DNA of 64,000 nucleotides, taken from positions 10,719 to 74,718 of the forward strand of contig JALCBP010000006.1 in assembly GCA_028066355.1 (NCBI GenBank), given 5' to 3'. Shown here piece by piece: positions 1 through 9,012 of this stretch. Positions within the stretch are counted from its first letter, which is position 1. Every line of letters begins with the position of its first letter. The notes below the pieces were generated by a model. That model did not search any database, was not told the origin of the DNA, and was given only the letters and a program-made list of their open reading frames with translations. Origin of the DNA: Pirellulales bacterium. Lineage in GTDB: Bacteria; Planctomycetota; Planctomycetia; Pirellulales; UBA1268. Made by a program: the position numbers and the translations under genes.

Positions 1-1691
1 AATACTGCCTTCACGTCCCCATTGATTCGTAGACCAGCCGATACAACAGGAATCGCTTCACCAGGTGTTTCACGAAAAGCTTTACTGGCTCCCGGTACAG
101 CTACACCGGCTGGAAGGCTGCTCGCTAACGGCTTGTTGGCTTCCGTGGGCCAACGCCTCAATTCAAAATTATATTTACCAGACTTCAGCACTTTTACAGC
201 CCAGAAGCTTCCAGAGGCTTCCTCACTTGAATCCCCACCTGTTTGTTTCTTCTTGCCAGAATTTTTTGGGCGATATCCCATTGCCGCACGGACCATGTGC
301 TGATTCCACGGGGGAGTACCACCAATCCAGTCATGACATGTCAATGTGACTCGTGGCGCCTCTTGGGCGCCAAGGTAGATCTCCGTCGTCTCCAAAAAGG
401 TAGGCTCCAGCTCGGCCCACCACCCATCGTAAAAATCCTTCATCTTTTTTACCTGTTGTGGGTGATCAGCGGCTACATCTTTTTCTTGACTGGGATCTTT
501 CTTGATTTCAAAAAGCTCCGCTCCGTTAATGAGCCTCCATTGCTGAGACATGACTGCCGTCTTTCTCCATTTGATAGGGTCACGGATTCGCTGGGAATCT
601 GTGACGAGCATGCGATCCCCGATGTCTGCATCTTGTTTCGGATCAAGAAGTGTTTCAATTGAAACACCATCCCACCTCAGTGACTGAGGCTTCTTCCCTC
701 CCGCAAGCCCAACAACAGTTGGTACAACGTCAACTGCATGACAGAGAATGTCACATCGATGCATCGTGTTCCATCCAGCTGCTGGCCAATGAGCGATGAA
801 TGGAACGCGATGCCCACCCTCATATTCACTGCCTTTTTTGCCCCGCATACCGGCATTAAAGACTTCATTGCCAGTGGCCGTGCCATTATCAGTTGTGAAA
901 ATAAAAAGTGTGTTGTCAGAAACACCCAACTCCTTCAAAAATTTTCGTGTTGCCCCAACATTATCATCGATGTTCGTAATCATTCCGTAGAAGGCAGCGA
1001 TTTTTTGACTCTGGCTTGGATACATGTCGAGATATTTTTGTGGACAGTGCAGGGGACCGTGCGGTGCATTTGTACTGATGTAAGCAAAAAATGGCTTGCC
1101 AGCCTCAACCTGTTTTTTAATGAACTTCCTGGCCTGTCCAAAAAAAACATCCGTGCAGAATCCCTCTGCTGGAACGATCTCACCGTTATGAAAATACGAA
1201 CCACCAAAGTAGGCATTGTCCCACACGTCTGGAGTTTGCCCGACTCCCCCACCCCCGTGTCGATACACCTCATCAAATCCGCGGTCTTCAGGACGATAGG
1301 GGAAATTATCACCAAGATGCCATTTCCCGAACATTCCGGTGGTGTAACCATTGTCTTTGAGTAATTGGCCAAGGGTGACTTCGTTCGCCCGAAGCATTGA
1401 GCGACCGTTTATGGTATGCCAAACTCCCGTTCGGTCAGTCCAATGTCCAGTCATTAATGCCGAGCGGGTAGGGGAGCAAGTTGGCGCGACGTGGTAATCA
1501 GTCAAGCTTGTTGATTCCGATGCAAGTGCATCAATATTTGGGGTTTTAATTACTGGATTACCGGTGTGCCCAAGATCGCCATACCCCTGATCATCAGCAA
1601 TCACAATCACGATATTTGGTTGACTGGCATTTACATTTACCGCGCTGAGCAACGCACTGAACAACACTAAAGAAGGCAAAACCAATTTCAT
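1..1691 (-). CDS. Exported formylglycine-type (S1) sulfatase, 3' end truncated by the window edge
   Basis: Not in the ORF track because there is no stop codon in the window. Manual translation from ATG at 1691: MKLVLPSLVLFSALLSAVNVNASQPNIVIVIADDQGYGDLG...VAPTCSPTRSALMTG...FGKWHLG...TTDNG...RGKKGSEYEGGHRVP. It has a signal peptide, the CxPxR motif and GKWHLG, and the frame stays open to the window edge. Confidence 0.95.
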   Translation of the reverse strand, partial: MKLVLPSLVLFSALLSAVNVNASQPNIVIVIADDQGYGDLGHTGNPVIKTPNIDALASESTSLTDYHVAPTCSPTRSALMTGHWTDRTGVWHTINGRSMLRANEVTLGQLLKDNGYTTGMFGKWHLGDNFPYRPEDRGFDEVYRHGGGGVGQTPDVWDNAYFGGSYFHNGEIVPAEGFCTDVFFGQARKFIKKQVEAGKPFFAYISTNAPHGPLHCPQKYLDMYPSQSQKIAAFYGMITNIDDNVGATRKFLKELGVSDNTLFIFTTDNGTATGNEVFNAGMRGKKGSEYEGGHRVPFIAHWPAAGWNTMHRCDILCHAVDVVPTVVGLAGGKKPQSLRWDGVSIETLLDPKQDADIGDRMLVTDSQRIRDPIKWRKTAVMSQQWRLINGAELFEIKKDPSQEKDVAADHPQQVKKMKDFYDGWWAELEPTFLETTEIYLGAQEAPRVTLTCHDWIGGTPPWNQHMVRAAMGYRPKNSGKKKQTGGDSSEEASGSFWAVKVLKSGKYNFELRRWPTEANKPLASSLPAGVAVPGASKAFRETPGEAIPVVSAGLRINGDVKAV

Positions 1692-1937
1692 GTCACCACC
1701 CCTTTTCAAATATCTGACGTGTAGGAAAATGTAGCTTAGCCGATTCACATAGAACTAAAAAGAACGCAGACACATCAAGATACGTGCTTTTAGTCCCTCC
1801 CAAGAAAAAACTCTGCCCTAGCCCACCGTGTAACAGAGAAAAGGTATCCTAGGGAGATTCTTGAATGAATCCTGTGTATTTTTGCGTCAACAAAAGATTA
1901 CTACACCAATACCACCTAAGAATTACGAAATTCCTGT

Positions 1938-3590
1938 ATGAGCATTTATGTCTTTGGGCACCGAAACCCCGATACAGATGCAATCTGTTCCGCAATTGCC
2001 TACGCCGACCTCCTCCGCCAAACAGGAAAACCGGATGCACTGGCTGCCTGCTGCGGACCACCCAATAAACGTACAGAATATGTTCTCAAGACAGCGAACA
2101 CTGCTCCCCCAAAAATAATTATGGATGTTCGTCCTGAGATGGAAGATGTCTGCCGGAAGGAAACCATCACCGCATCTTTTGGAGACGCCTTTTTCGAAGC
2201 ATATCGACGCATGCAGGAATGGGACCTTCGAGCTATTCCTGTTGTCGATACGGAAAGCCGAGTCAACGGGGTCCTGTCAGTTCTCGATTTGATGGAACTC
2301 CTGTTCCGTGATGAAGGCGATCCAATTAAATCCCGAACAGTAACAACGAATCTAAAAAAAATCACAGAGGCCCTCGGTGGCTCCTTCCAGCATGAAGTTG
2401 ATCCCCAACGAAGTGATGAACTTCTTGTCATGGTCGGAGCAATGAGTTCTGACGGCTTCACTGAAAGAATGCAAAAGTTTGACAAGGATCGTGTCCTTGT
2501 TGTCTGCGGAGACAGACCGACTATACAACTGCCTGCCATTGAACAAGGTGTTCGCGGGCTTGTGATAACCGGTGGCTTTGCTCTCAGCCCGGGACTCATT
2601 GAACTGGCTAGGGCACGCGGTGTCTCGGTTCTATTAAGCCCCTTTGATACCGTCAACACAACAACAAGAATACGTTCCTCCCAGTTCATTGACCCTGCCG
2701 TGAATCGTCAGGTGGTTACACTGCCAGCAAAGATGAGAGTATCGGAAGCACGTGCAATCGTTGAACGCTCAAAACAACCCGTCTTTCCGGTAGTAGGAGA
2801 TGACGGACTGCTTGCTGGCATATCGTTTAAATCTGATGTCATCAATCCACCCCGGCCCAGGCTCGTCTTGGTTGACCACAACGAACTTGCCCAAGCGGTT
2901 GCAGGAATTGAAGACGCAGATGTTCTCGAAGTTCTTGATCATCATCGACTGGGAGGTGGGCTAAAATCATCGCAACCAATTCGTTTCGTGAATGAGCCGG
3001 TAGGATCAACGTGCACGCTCGTTGCACGACAATATCGAGATTCGGGAATCGAGCCAGACCAATCTATTGCACTCTGCATGGCGTCTGGGATTATCTCTGA
3101 CACTCTTTATTTACAGAGCCCAACGACCACTTCAGTTGATAGGGCAATGCTCGAATGGCTTAGGCAACGATGCCCCGTTGACCTCGATCAATTCGCACGA
3201 ACTTTTTTTGAAATTGGATCAGCACTCCGCACAAGCACGCCCGATGGTGTCGTTGAAGAGGATTGTAAAGAATTTACAGAGCGAGACATCCGCTTCTCAA
3301 TTTCGCAGATTGAGGAAACAGGATTTGATCTCTTCTGGGAAAGAAAAGATGAACTCCGAATCGCGTTGGTGGCCTACGCCAAGCAACACGAACTCGATTT
3401 TTCAGCCCTTTTGATCACTGACGTGGTAAGCAACGGGTCACTGCTTCTGTTGTCAAAGGAGACTGAAGCTTGGGAAGAGATAAATTACCCGCGAATCGAC
3501 CGAGGACTTTATGCACTAAAGAACGTGGTCAGCCGTAAAAAGCAACTTCTGCCTCTGGTGACGCAACTTATCCAGAGTGCGGTGCTTTAA
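1938..3590 (+). CDS. ppaC: Family II Mn-dependent inorganic pyrophosphatase with CBS-DRTGG-CBS regulatory insert
   Basis: Motifs GHRNPDTDAICS, LVDHNE, LDHHR, EPVGSTCT, GIISDT and C-terminal VSRKKQ. The central insert has CBS-like (IPVVD, FPVVG) and DRTGG-like (GDR...ITGG) segments. Confidence 0.92.
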   Translation: MSIYVFGHRNPDTDAICSAIAYADLLRQTGKPDALAACCGPPNKRTEYVLKTANTAPPKIIMDVRPEMEDVCRKETITASFGDAFFEAYRRMQEWDLRAIPVVDTESRVNGVLSVLDLMELLFRDEGDPIKSRTVTTNLKKITEALGGSFQHEVDPQRSDELLVMVGAMSSDGFTERMQKFDKDRVLVVCGDRPTIQLPAIEQGVRGLVITGGFALSPGLIELARARGVSVLLSPFDTVNTTTRIRSSQFIDPAVNRQVVTLPAKMRVSEARAIVERSKQPVFPVVGDDGLLAGISFKSDVINPPRPRLVLVDHNELAQAVAGIEDADVLEVLDHHRLGGGLKSSQPIRFVNEPVGSTCTLVARQYRDSGIEPDQSIALCMASGIISDTLYLQSPTTTSVDRAMLEWLRQRCPVDLDQFARTFFEIGSALRTSTPDGVVEEDCKEFTERDIRFSISQIEETGFDLFWERKDELRIALVAYAKQHELDFSALLITDVVSNGSLLLLSKETEAWEEINYPRIDRGLYALKNVVSRKKQLLPLVTQLIQSAVL

Positions 3591-3614
3591 ATACCATATA
3601 TTTTTGCTGTTCGT

Positions 3615-4613
3615 CTACTGAGCAACCGACTTGCTACCTTCCGCCGATCCACCGATTGGAGCACCTTCCGGGAGTGGCCGACAAGCAGCAGAGACTCCGA
3701 TGCGATGCAACTCCTCACGGACAGCACGATACTCTTCGAAACTATCTGGGTAGCACCAAAGCGTCACAGTCGTAGCAGGCGTAACACCAGCCAAAATTGT
3801 GCGAAATCGAGATTGACGCGCAAGAGCCTCATCCAACGTCTCGCCAATGTCATACCGGGCTGGCTTCACAACCCACTCACGACTACGAACAAATACCTGA
3901 CCTGCACTTCGATTAATTTGCACTTCGATAACATAATCCAGTGCAAAGTCCTGAATTGGACCGACCGTCTCAATTCTCGCCTCCATCGATGCTAAGGATC
4001 CGCCACTTTTACGCTGAGTGCGTGCCTTTGCTCTATCGAATAACTCTGTGAGCGGGATGTACGCAATACGCCCTGCAGCAAGGCGAAAATGTAATTCATC
4101 ACCTGTGACTGTCCGGCCCACTGGCGTTGGATAGGCAAGGAGTTCCTTTGTTGTCTGTGGAGCATGGGCAATACCTTCAGCCTCAAGGTTACACTGTTCA
4201 ATTTCGTCTTTGATCCGCTGGCTCTGAGCAGCCATCTCAACCTGCTTGGCTTTGTCTTTTTGTACTCTCTGTTTTTGATCTTCAACTTCTCGTTTTGTTG
4301 CTGAAACAGCCGTCGCCAAATGAATTCTTGCATTTCCAGCATCTGCCACGGTGACAGCGAGTTGTCTCCCTTGTTCATCAAGATCAACCAACTCGCTCTC
4401 GGACGCTACAACAGCATCCTCCAGACGGACAACTTCCATCATCAAATTCTCGAGATTCGGACTGTTGACCTCTTTTGGCTTTAACGAGATGCTCTGAACT
4501 CGGGCACCGATGACCATAACGAGAATAATGAGAATCCCAACAATATTAGTCACAATATCAAGGAATGAATCCTGACTCCCTGCATCAACACGGCTTCCAC
4601 GTTGTCTCATCAT
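3615..4613 (-). CDS. Single-pass membrane protein with ExbD/TolR-like TM helix (Asp retained), coiled coil and C-terminal globular domain
   Basis: 332 aa. Basic N-terminus, then DSFLDIVTNIVGILIILVMV, then a heptad-rich region. ATGA overlap with the upstream gene at 4610-4613. Confidence 0.7.
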   Translation of the reverse strand: MMRQRGSRVDAGSQDSFLDIVTNIVGILIILVMVIGARVQSISLKPKEVNSPNLENLMMEVVRLEDAVVASESELVDLDEQGRQLAVTVADAGNARIHLATAVSATKREVEDQKQRVQKDKAKQVEMAAQSQRIKDEIEQCNLEAEGIAHAPQTTKELLAYPTPVGRTVTGDELHFRLAAGRIAYIPLTELFDRAKARTQRKSGGSLASMEARIETVGPIQDFALDYVIEVQINRSAGQVFVRSREWVVKPARYDIGETLDEALARQSRFRTILAGVTPATTVTLWCYPDSFEEYRAVREELHRIGVSAACRPLPEGAPIGGSAEGSKSVAQ

Positions 4614-6733
4614 AACTCCACATCCTGACTGGCTGCTGTTTCAAGAGATGCTGTACGACGAAAGCGCCGCTTCGTTGGTTGAGAAGGCGGCAGCCGTTTG
4701 ACAGCATCGGAGGCCTGTTTCTGTCGGGTCTCAATACCGCTATCCGCTAGAAGCACCTGCACGTCTTCGCGTCGCTCACGCCCGTCTTCAGTCTCTGTGA
4801 GCACTAGCTCAGGCTTCCAATAAAGGCGGTCTCCAGCGAGCCCCCAACTGTCGACTCGACTACGAATCGCAAGAACAAGGGAATCGATGGATTGAACCGT
4901 CAACCCTGTGAGTGGAATACGATAGACAACACGCCTGCCGCTATCGTCAAACAGCCGTAACTCATCAGCAGCACACTCAATCTGAATTGGCCGAGTGATT
5001 GGGATATATCGCTGCGATGTTGCAAAACTTGCCCAGTCACTTCCTCTTGCCCCGGCAAGAGACCCGCCGGAACTGCTCTCACGCTCAGACGTCCCGTTTG
5101 CCATTTCAGATGAAGCTGGAGCTGATCCAACCTGAATTCCAACTGGCATTGGCATGCTGCCAGTAGATGAACTCGGAGAACCGCTGCCACTGCCACCCGC
5201 TGCTCCACCAGCCCCGTCAGCAAGTCCTTGACTCAATGAAGAGGATTGAGAAGAACCGTCGCTAACTCCACTATCACCCGAACCCTGCTGTTTGCCTGAT
5301 GACCCAGGTTCGCTCTCACTAATCGACCCTGTGTCTGTTCCGTTGGGATAAACCCCCATAGACCCATTTGATGTACCATGCCCATCATAGGAACCAGCGT
5401 CTGATGCCACCAGCTCACCACCCAAACCATTACCAAAATGTGATTGGTGTTCTTGAGCCCCAACTGCACCGCCAGGCTGTGCTACCCGCGAGCCACCGGT
5501 GAGACTACCCACCTCTGTATCCATACCGTTACCAAATCCAATCCCTGAATTACTACTACCACTTCCAAAGTGACTTCCACCACCAAACTCACCGGCGTTT
5601 AAGGGACGCCCAACAAGCTTACCAGTTGAAGATTGCTGCCCCGTCTTACCAACACTTTCCTGGCCCGTGGGGCTGTTCCCACCGCGTAGCGAACCACCTT
5701 GCTTCTGCTGCCTTGACCAGTCCCAACGAGACTGATCCCCAAGAACAGACGGTCCACCCACAGCGACTGCACCACCTCGCACAGAAGAAGCCCGGTACTG
5801 CGTTGCGACTGGCTTCTTCCTTCGTACAGCAGAACGAGTTTGCGCCAACCATTGCAGACGTTCACGAGCCTCATTTATGGCCTGCAATTCAACATCGCGT
5901 AACGCAAGGTCTTTTTCAGGAAAAGAGAGTCGCCAATCTTCCTCAATTAATTGATACCCAAAATCGCTACCCCAAGAAGCAATGGCGTCTCTCGCTGCAT
6001 AGTAGGCCATCACACCAGATGGCCGAACGAGTAACAGCGGATAAGGCCGCAGACCAGGATCATTTTTCGAAATGGACTGTCTTGCCAGATACTCACGTGC
6101 AGCTCGCAAACCACTCGCCAACGGATTGCCCGGCCCCGATGGACCTTCAAAGTCATCTGGATTCAGCCGAATACCTTCGGGCTGCAGAAATACTCCATCC
6201 AGACAGCATTCGATAAAAAGAGGACGACGATGTGTTCCCGAAGATCCTTGGTACGGTATGACTGCATACGCCGGCGGATTCGAATCTCTTTCTTTCCTTG
6301 CTTCATCAAGACTTTCACGTGCCGAAGCCAACTCTGCCTCAAGTTCACGCATTTCATCACTCGTGGTCACTGCAACTAGTTTGGCATCGAAAAGATCCTC
6401 TCTCACTTTCTGTAGAGCCTTAAGTTCCGCTGCCAAATTTCTTGAGTTATCTTCGATACCAGCTAGCTGAAGCCTCAGGGTCTCAAGTTCATCACTTGTC
6501 TTTGATCGCATCTCCTTTAACTGCTCAAGCCGCCATGAAAGACTATCTACTCTTCCTTGCAACTCTGCTTCCATTTGCATCGCCAGCTCGACTACTACTC
6601 TCTCGTCCTGCCGGCTGATGGAATTACCAAACAAGACCAATAAAACAAGCAGCGCACCCATCGTGCACAACAAAACTGCAAGAAAAGGGAAGAGCGAAAT
6701 AGCTATGCCCTCTCGTGTACGCGATCTTCTCAT
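4610..6733 (-). CDS. Single-pass membrane protein with ExbD-like TM helix (Asp replaced by Ala), coiled coil and two similar domains joined by a Gly/Ser-rich linker
   Basis: 707 aa. MRRSR...ISLFPFLAVLLCTMGALLVLLV. Internal similarity RPLFIECCLDGVFL vs RPIQIECAADELRL. ATGA overlaps at both ends. Confidence 0.7.
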   Translation of the reverse strand: MRRSRTREGIAISLFPFLAVLLCTMGALLVLLVLFGNSISRQDERVVVELAMQMEAELQGRVDSLSWRLEQLKEMRSKTSDELETLRLQLAGIEDNSRNLAAELKALQKVREDLFDAKLVAVTTSDEMRELEAELASARESLDEARKERDSNPPAYAVIPYQGSSGTHRRPLFIECCLDGVFLQPEGIRLNPDDFEGPSGPGNPLASGLRAAREYLARQSISKNDPGLRPYPLLLVRPSGVMAYYAARDAIASWGSDFGYQLIEEDWRLSFPEKDLALRDVELQAINEARERLQWLAQTRSAVRRKKPVATQYRASSVRGGAVAVGGPSVLGDQSRWDWSRQQKQGGSLRGGNSPTGQESVGKTGQQSSTGKLVGRPLNAGEFGGGSHFGSGSSNSGIGFGNGMDTEVGSLTGGSRVAQPGGAVGAQEHQSHFGNGLGGELVASDAGSYDGHGTSNGSMGVYPNGTDTGSISESEPGSSGKQQGSGDSGVSDGSSQSSSLSQGLADGAGGAAGGSGSGSPSSSTGSMPMPVGIQVGSAPASSEMANGTSERESSSGGSLAGARGSDWASFATSQRYIPITRPIQIECAADELRLFDDSGRRVVYRIPLTGLTVQSIDSLVLAIRSRVDSWGLAGDRLYWKPELVLTETEDGRERREDVQVLLADSGIETRQKQASDAVKRLPPSQPTKRRFRRTASLETAASQDVEL

Positions 6734-8031
6734 GCAACTTTCTCAACAGGGGTGCTATCCTGGGCCAGAACACCTGACTTGCCACTAGGCACCCCCGGGC
6801 TACGCGCCGCCAACAATTGCGTCGCCGCTGAGAGTGAAATAATCGCCTCCTCAAATCGGCCACTCGCCGTAACAGCATTCAGATTACTCTCGAGCCTTTG
6901 CTCCATCGCCACTATTTCATTCAACATTGAAATCACTTTCTCAAGGGCTGCAGACTGGGCTGCGACAGCTACCTGCTGTTTGTCAAATGCAATAGCAGCA
7001 TCAGCCATTGTCTGTCCCGCTAGCTCCCAACGACCATCTCGCTCATGTGCTAGCTGACGATGTGCCTCGACTAGTGACTCCCTCCACGAATCCAGAGTAT
7101 CTTCCAGAGATTCGGACAGTGTTTCTCGAAGATGTTCACTTAGACCACCAAAGACATTTTCAAGGCTACTTGAGGCAACGCTTTGAAGTTCTTTCCATGA
7201 CTGAGTCTGTGCCTCAATGAGTTGAGCCGAACTTCTTCCAACGGCATCTCCAAGTCGTGCCACAGCCAAAGCCGAACCATCTGCGATTCCTTCAGTCTGA
7301 AAACGACCTGCAAGTGAATCCCATGCCTGCTCGTCAACCTGATCGAGCAACGATTGCTCCATTCGCTCAATCACAAACTGCGTGAACATCAGTACCATCG
7401 ACAATGCCAATGCAGTCGCTGTCGTGTCAAAAGCGGTACCCAGCCCAGCAACTACACCTGAAATATTTTCGAGTTCCGTCGGTGATAGATTTGCTATCGC
7501 CACAGTTATTCCAATGACCGTCCCTAGGAAGCCCATGATCGGGATCGCCCAGACAATAAATCGAACGAGCCCATAGCTAGCATGAGCGCGAGCCCCATCC
7601 ACGTCGGCAAGATATTTGAGATGATCCTCAAGATCATCAGCTTTTCCGGTCCGTGTAACAAAGTCGAGACCATCACCGAGTCTTTTCGGAAGATAACCCT
7701 GTTCACCATTCACATTTTCGAGAAGATACGTTCGCAGACTGATCGCCTCAGAAGGATGCTGACCGCCCGACATTACAGCGGGCAAAGCACACCTCGACAA
7801 ACTATTTCTCTGGCGAATCGTACTCAACAGTTTCATCGCAAGACTGCTTAGACCTACACAGAACAATCCAACTTCTATGTACTCTACCCAGTGTCCCGCA
7901 AGATATCGCACAACGTAGCTGTTGCTTATAACTCCACGCTGAATCAACGAAAAAAAGCAAAAGGCCAAACCAGTACCCCACAACAGGGGCGATCGAAGTA
8001 GAAGTTTCGATATCTTAGTCAGGAACGACAC
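6730..8031 (-). CDS. MotA/TolQ/ExbB proton-channel family protein with long C-terminal helical tail
   Basis: AIPIMGFLGTVIGI and GLGTAFDTTATALAL match the TolQ/ExbB TM signatures. GTG start preceded by GGAGG. About 200 residues of helical tail follow the last TM. Confidence 0.88.
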   Translation of the reverse strand: MSFLTKISKLLLRSPLLWGTGLAFCFFSLIQRGVISNSYVVRYLAGHWVEYIEVGLFCVGLSSLAMKLLSTIRQRNSLSRCALPAVMSGGQHPSEAISLRTYLLENVNGEQGYLPKRLGDGLDFVTRTGKADDLEDHLKYLADVDGARAHASYGLVRFIVWAIPIMGFLGTVIGITVAIANLSPTELENISGVVAGLGTAFDTTATALALSMVLMFTQFVIERMEQSLLDQVDEQAWDSLAGRFQTEGIADGSALAVARLGDAVGRSSAQLIEAQTQSWKELQSVASSSLENVFGGLSEHLRETLSESLEDTLDSWRESLVEAHRQLAHERDGRWELAGQTMADAAIAFDKQQVAVAAQSAALEKVISMLNEIVAMEQRLESNLNAVTASGRFEEAIISLSAATQLLAARSPGVPSGKSGVLAQDSTPVEKVA

Positions 8032-8413
8032 TGGGCACCTCCGTGAACGGAATTATTCGATACGGTCTCTCTCACACAAGACGTGGAATTTGTTCCTTTA
8101 TCGGAAATCTTTACCCACATGTTTGAATCCAAATATCCACTGCAGTCGTTTTTCCTGGCAGTGAGATCCGTGACCAAGAGAGCAGGGCAGGCTAGGGAAG
8201 CATGGGAGGGCAGGGAGACCACGGACTTCCCGACTGGAACAAGCTGGCACGGTGAATTTCGGGCTGTCGCAGAATGTATCCGCCCTGCAATACTCTATTT
8301 CTTAACTAAGTAGATCAACGACTCAAAAGCCCTCTTCGCTGCTTGAAGGATGTTTGCACACTCATCACTTTGAAAGCACAAGAGACACTCAAGCTCACCC
8401 GGAACCGCAAACC

Positions 8414-8791
8414 ATGAAATCACGAAAGTATTGTCTTCAAGTACTTGCTGGAGTGGCATTATTTATGTCACTTCCGATATCCAACGCTCTGGCGTCAGAA
8501 ACTGAAGCACTGATCGTTTCGACGGTGCCGATTGATTCCGGACGACAAATGCTTCTCGTTATCAACACGGAAACAAACATCCTTGCCGTCTATCACATTG
8601 AAACTGGAAGTGGCGAAATTTCACTTCGCAGCACCCGCGCAATTGGATACGACCTCCAACTTGAGGACTTCAACGCTAAAGACCCGAAACCAGCCGCTAT
8701 AAAAAAAATGCTGCGGATTGACTCATCTCCCAGCCTTCCAGCCAATAGGATCGAGATAATCCCACCTTCTACGACTCAATCCAGCAGGTAA
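8414..8791 (+). CDS. Small exported hypothetical protein
   Basis: ATG at 8414 gives a signal peptide (MKSRKYCLQVLAGVALFMSLPISNALA) followed by a beta-rich domain (MLLVIN...LAVYHI...ISLRSTR). Confidence 0.7.
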   Translation: MKSRKYCLQVLAGVALFMSLPISNALASETEALIVSTVPIDSGRQMLLVINTETNILAVYHIETGSGEISLRSTRAIGYDLQLEDFNAKDPKPAAIKKMLRIDSSPSLPANRIEIIPPSTTQSSR

Positions 8792-9012
8792 TAACCAGCT
8801 AAATTCCCCGCTGTTGTGGGGCTGTCCTCATACATCAGCCAGTAAAGTTCTGGCAAATTGCCATTTGATTTCGAAACTGCCCATCTATACCGGTTGCAGT
8901 AACTGCACGGACTGGATCGGCCCGATCGGGCTGCGTAGACTTTCGTAGAGGGGATAGTCGAGTTCCAAGATAGCGGGAGCTAGTTTTTCGATTAAGTAAG
9001 GAAGACTGATTT

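Noticed and set aside
22-1372. Track ORFs such as 738..1364(+), 243..662(+) and 980..1372(-)
   Set aside because: They are shadows of the minus-strand sulfatase 1..1691, which the track missed because its stop lies outside the window.
3615-8031. Calling the motor operon Zorya, flagellar MotAB or a standard Tol/Ton system
   Set aside because: The A subunit has a ZorA-like tail, but neither partner shows an OmpA-like peptidoglycan-binding domain, and no zorC/D/E, tolA/pal, tonB or flagellar genes are adjacent.
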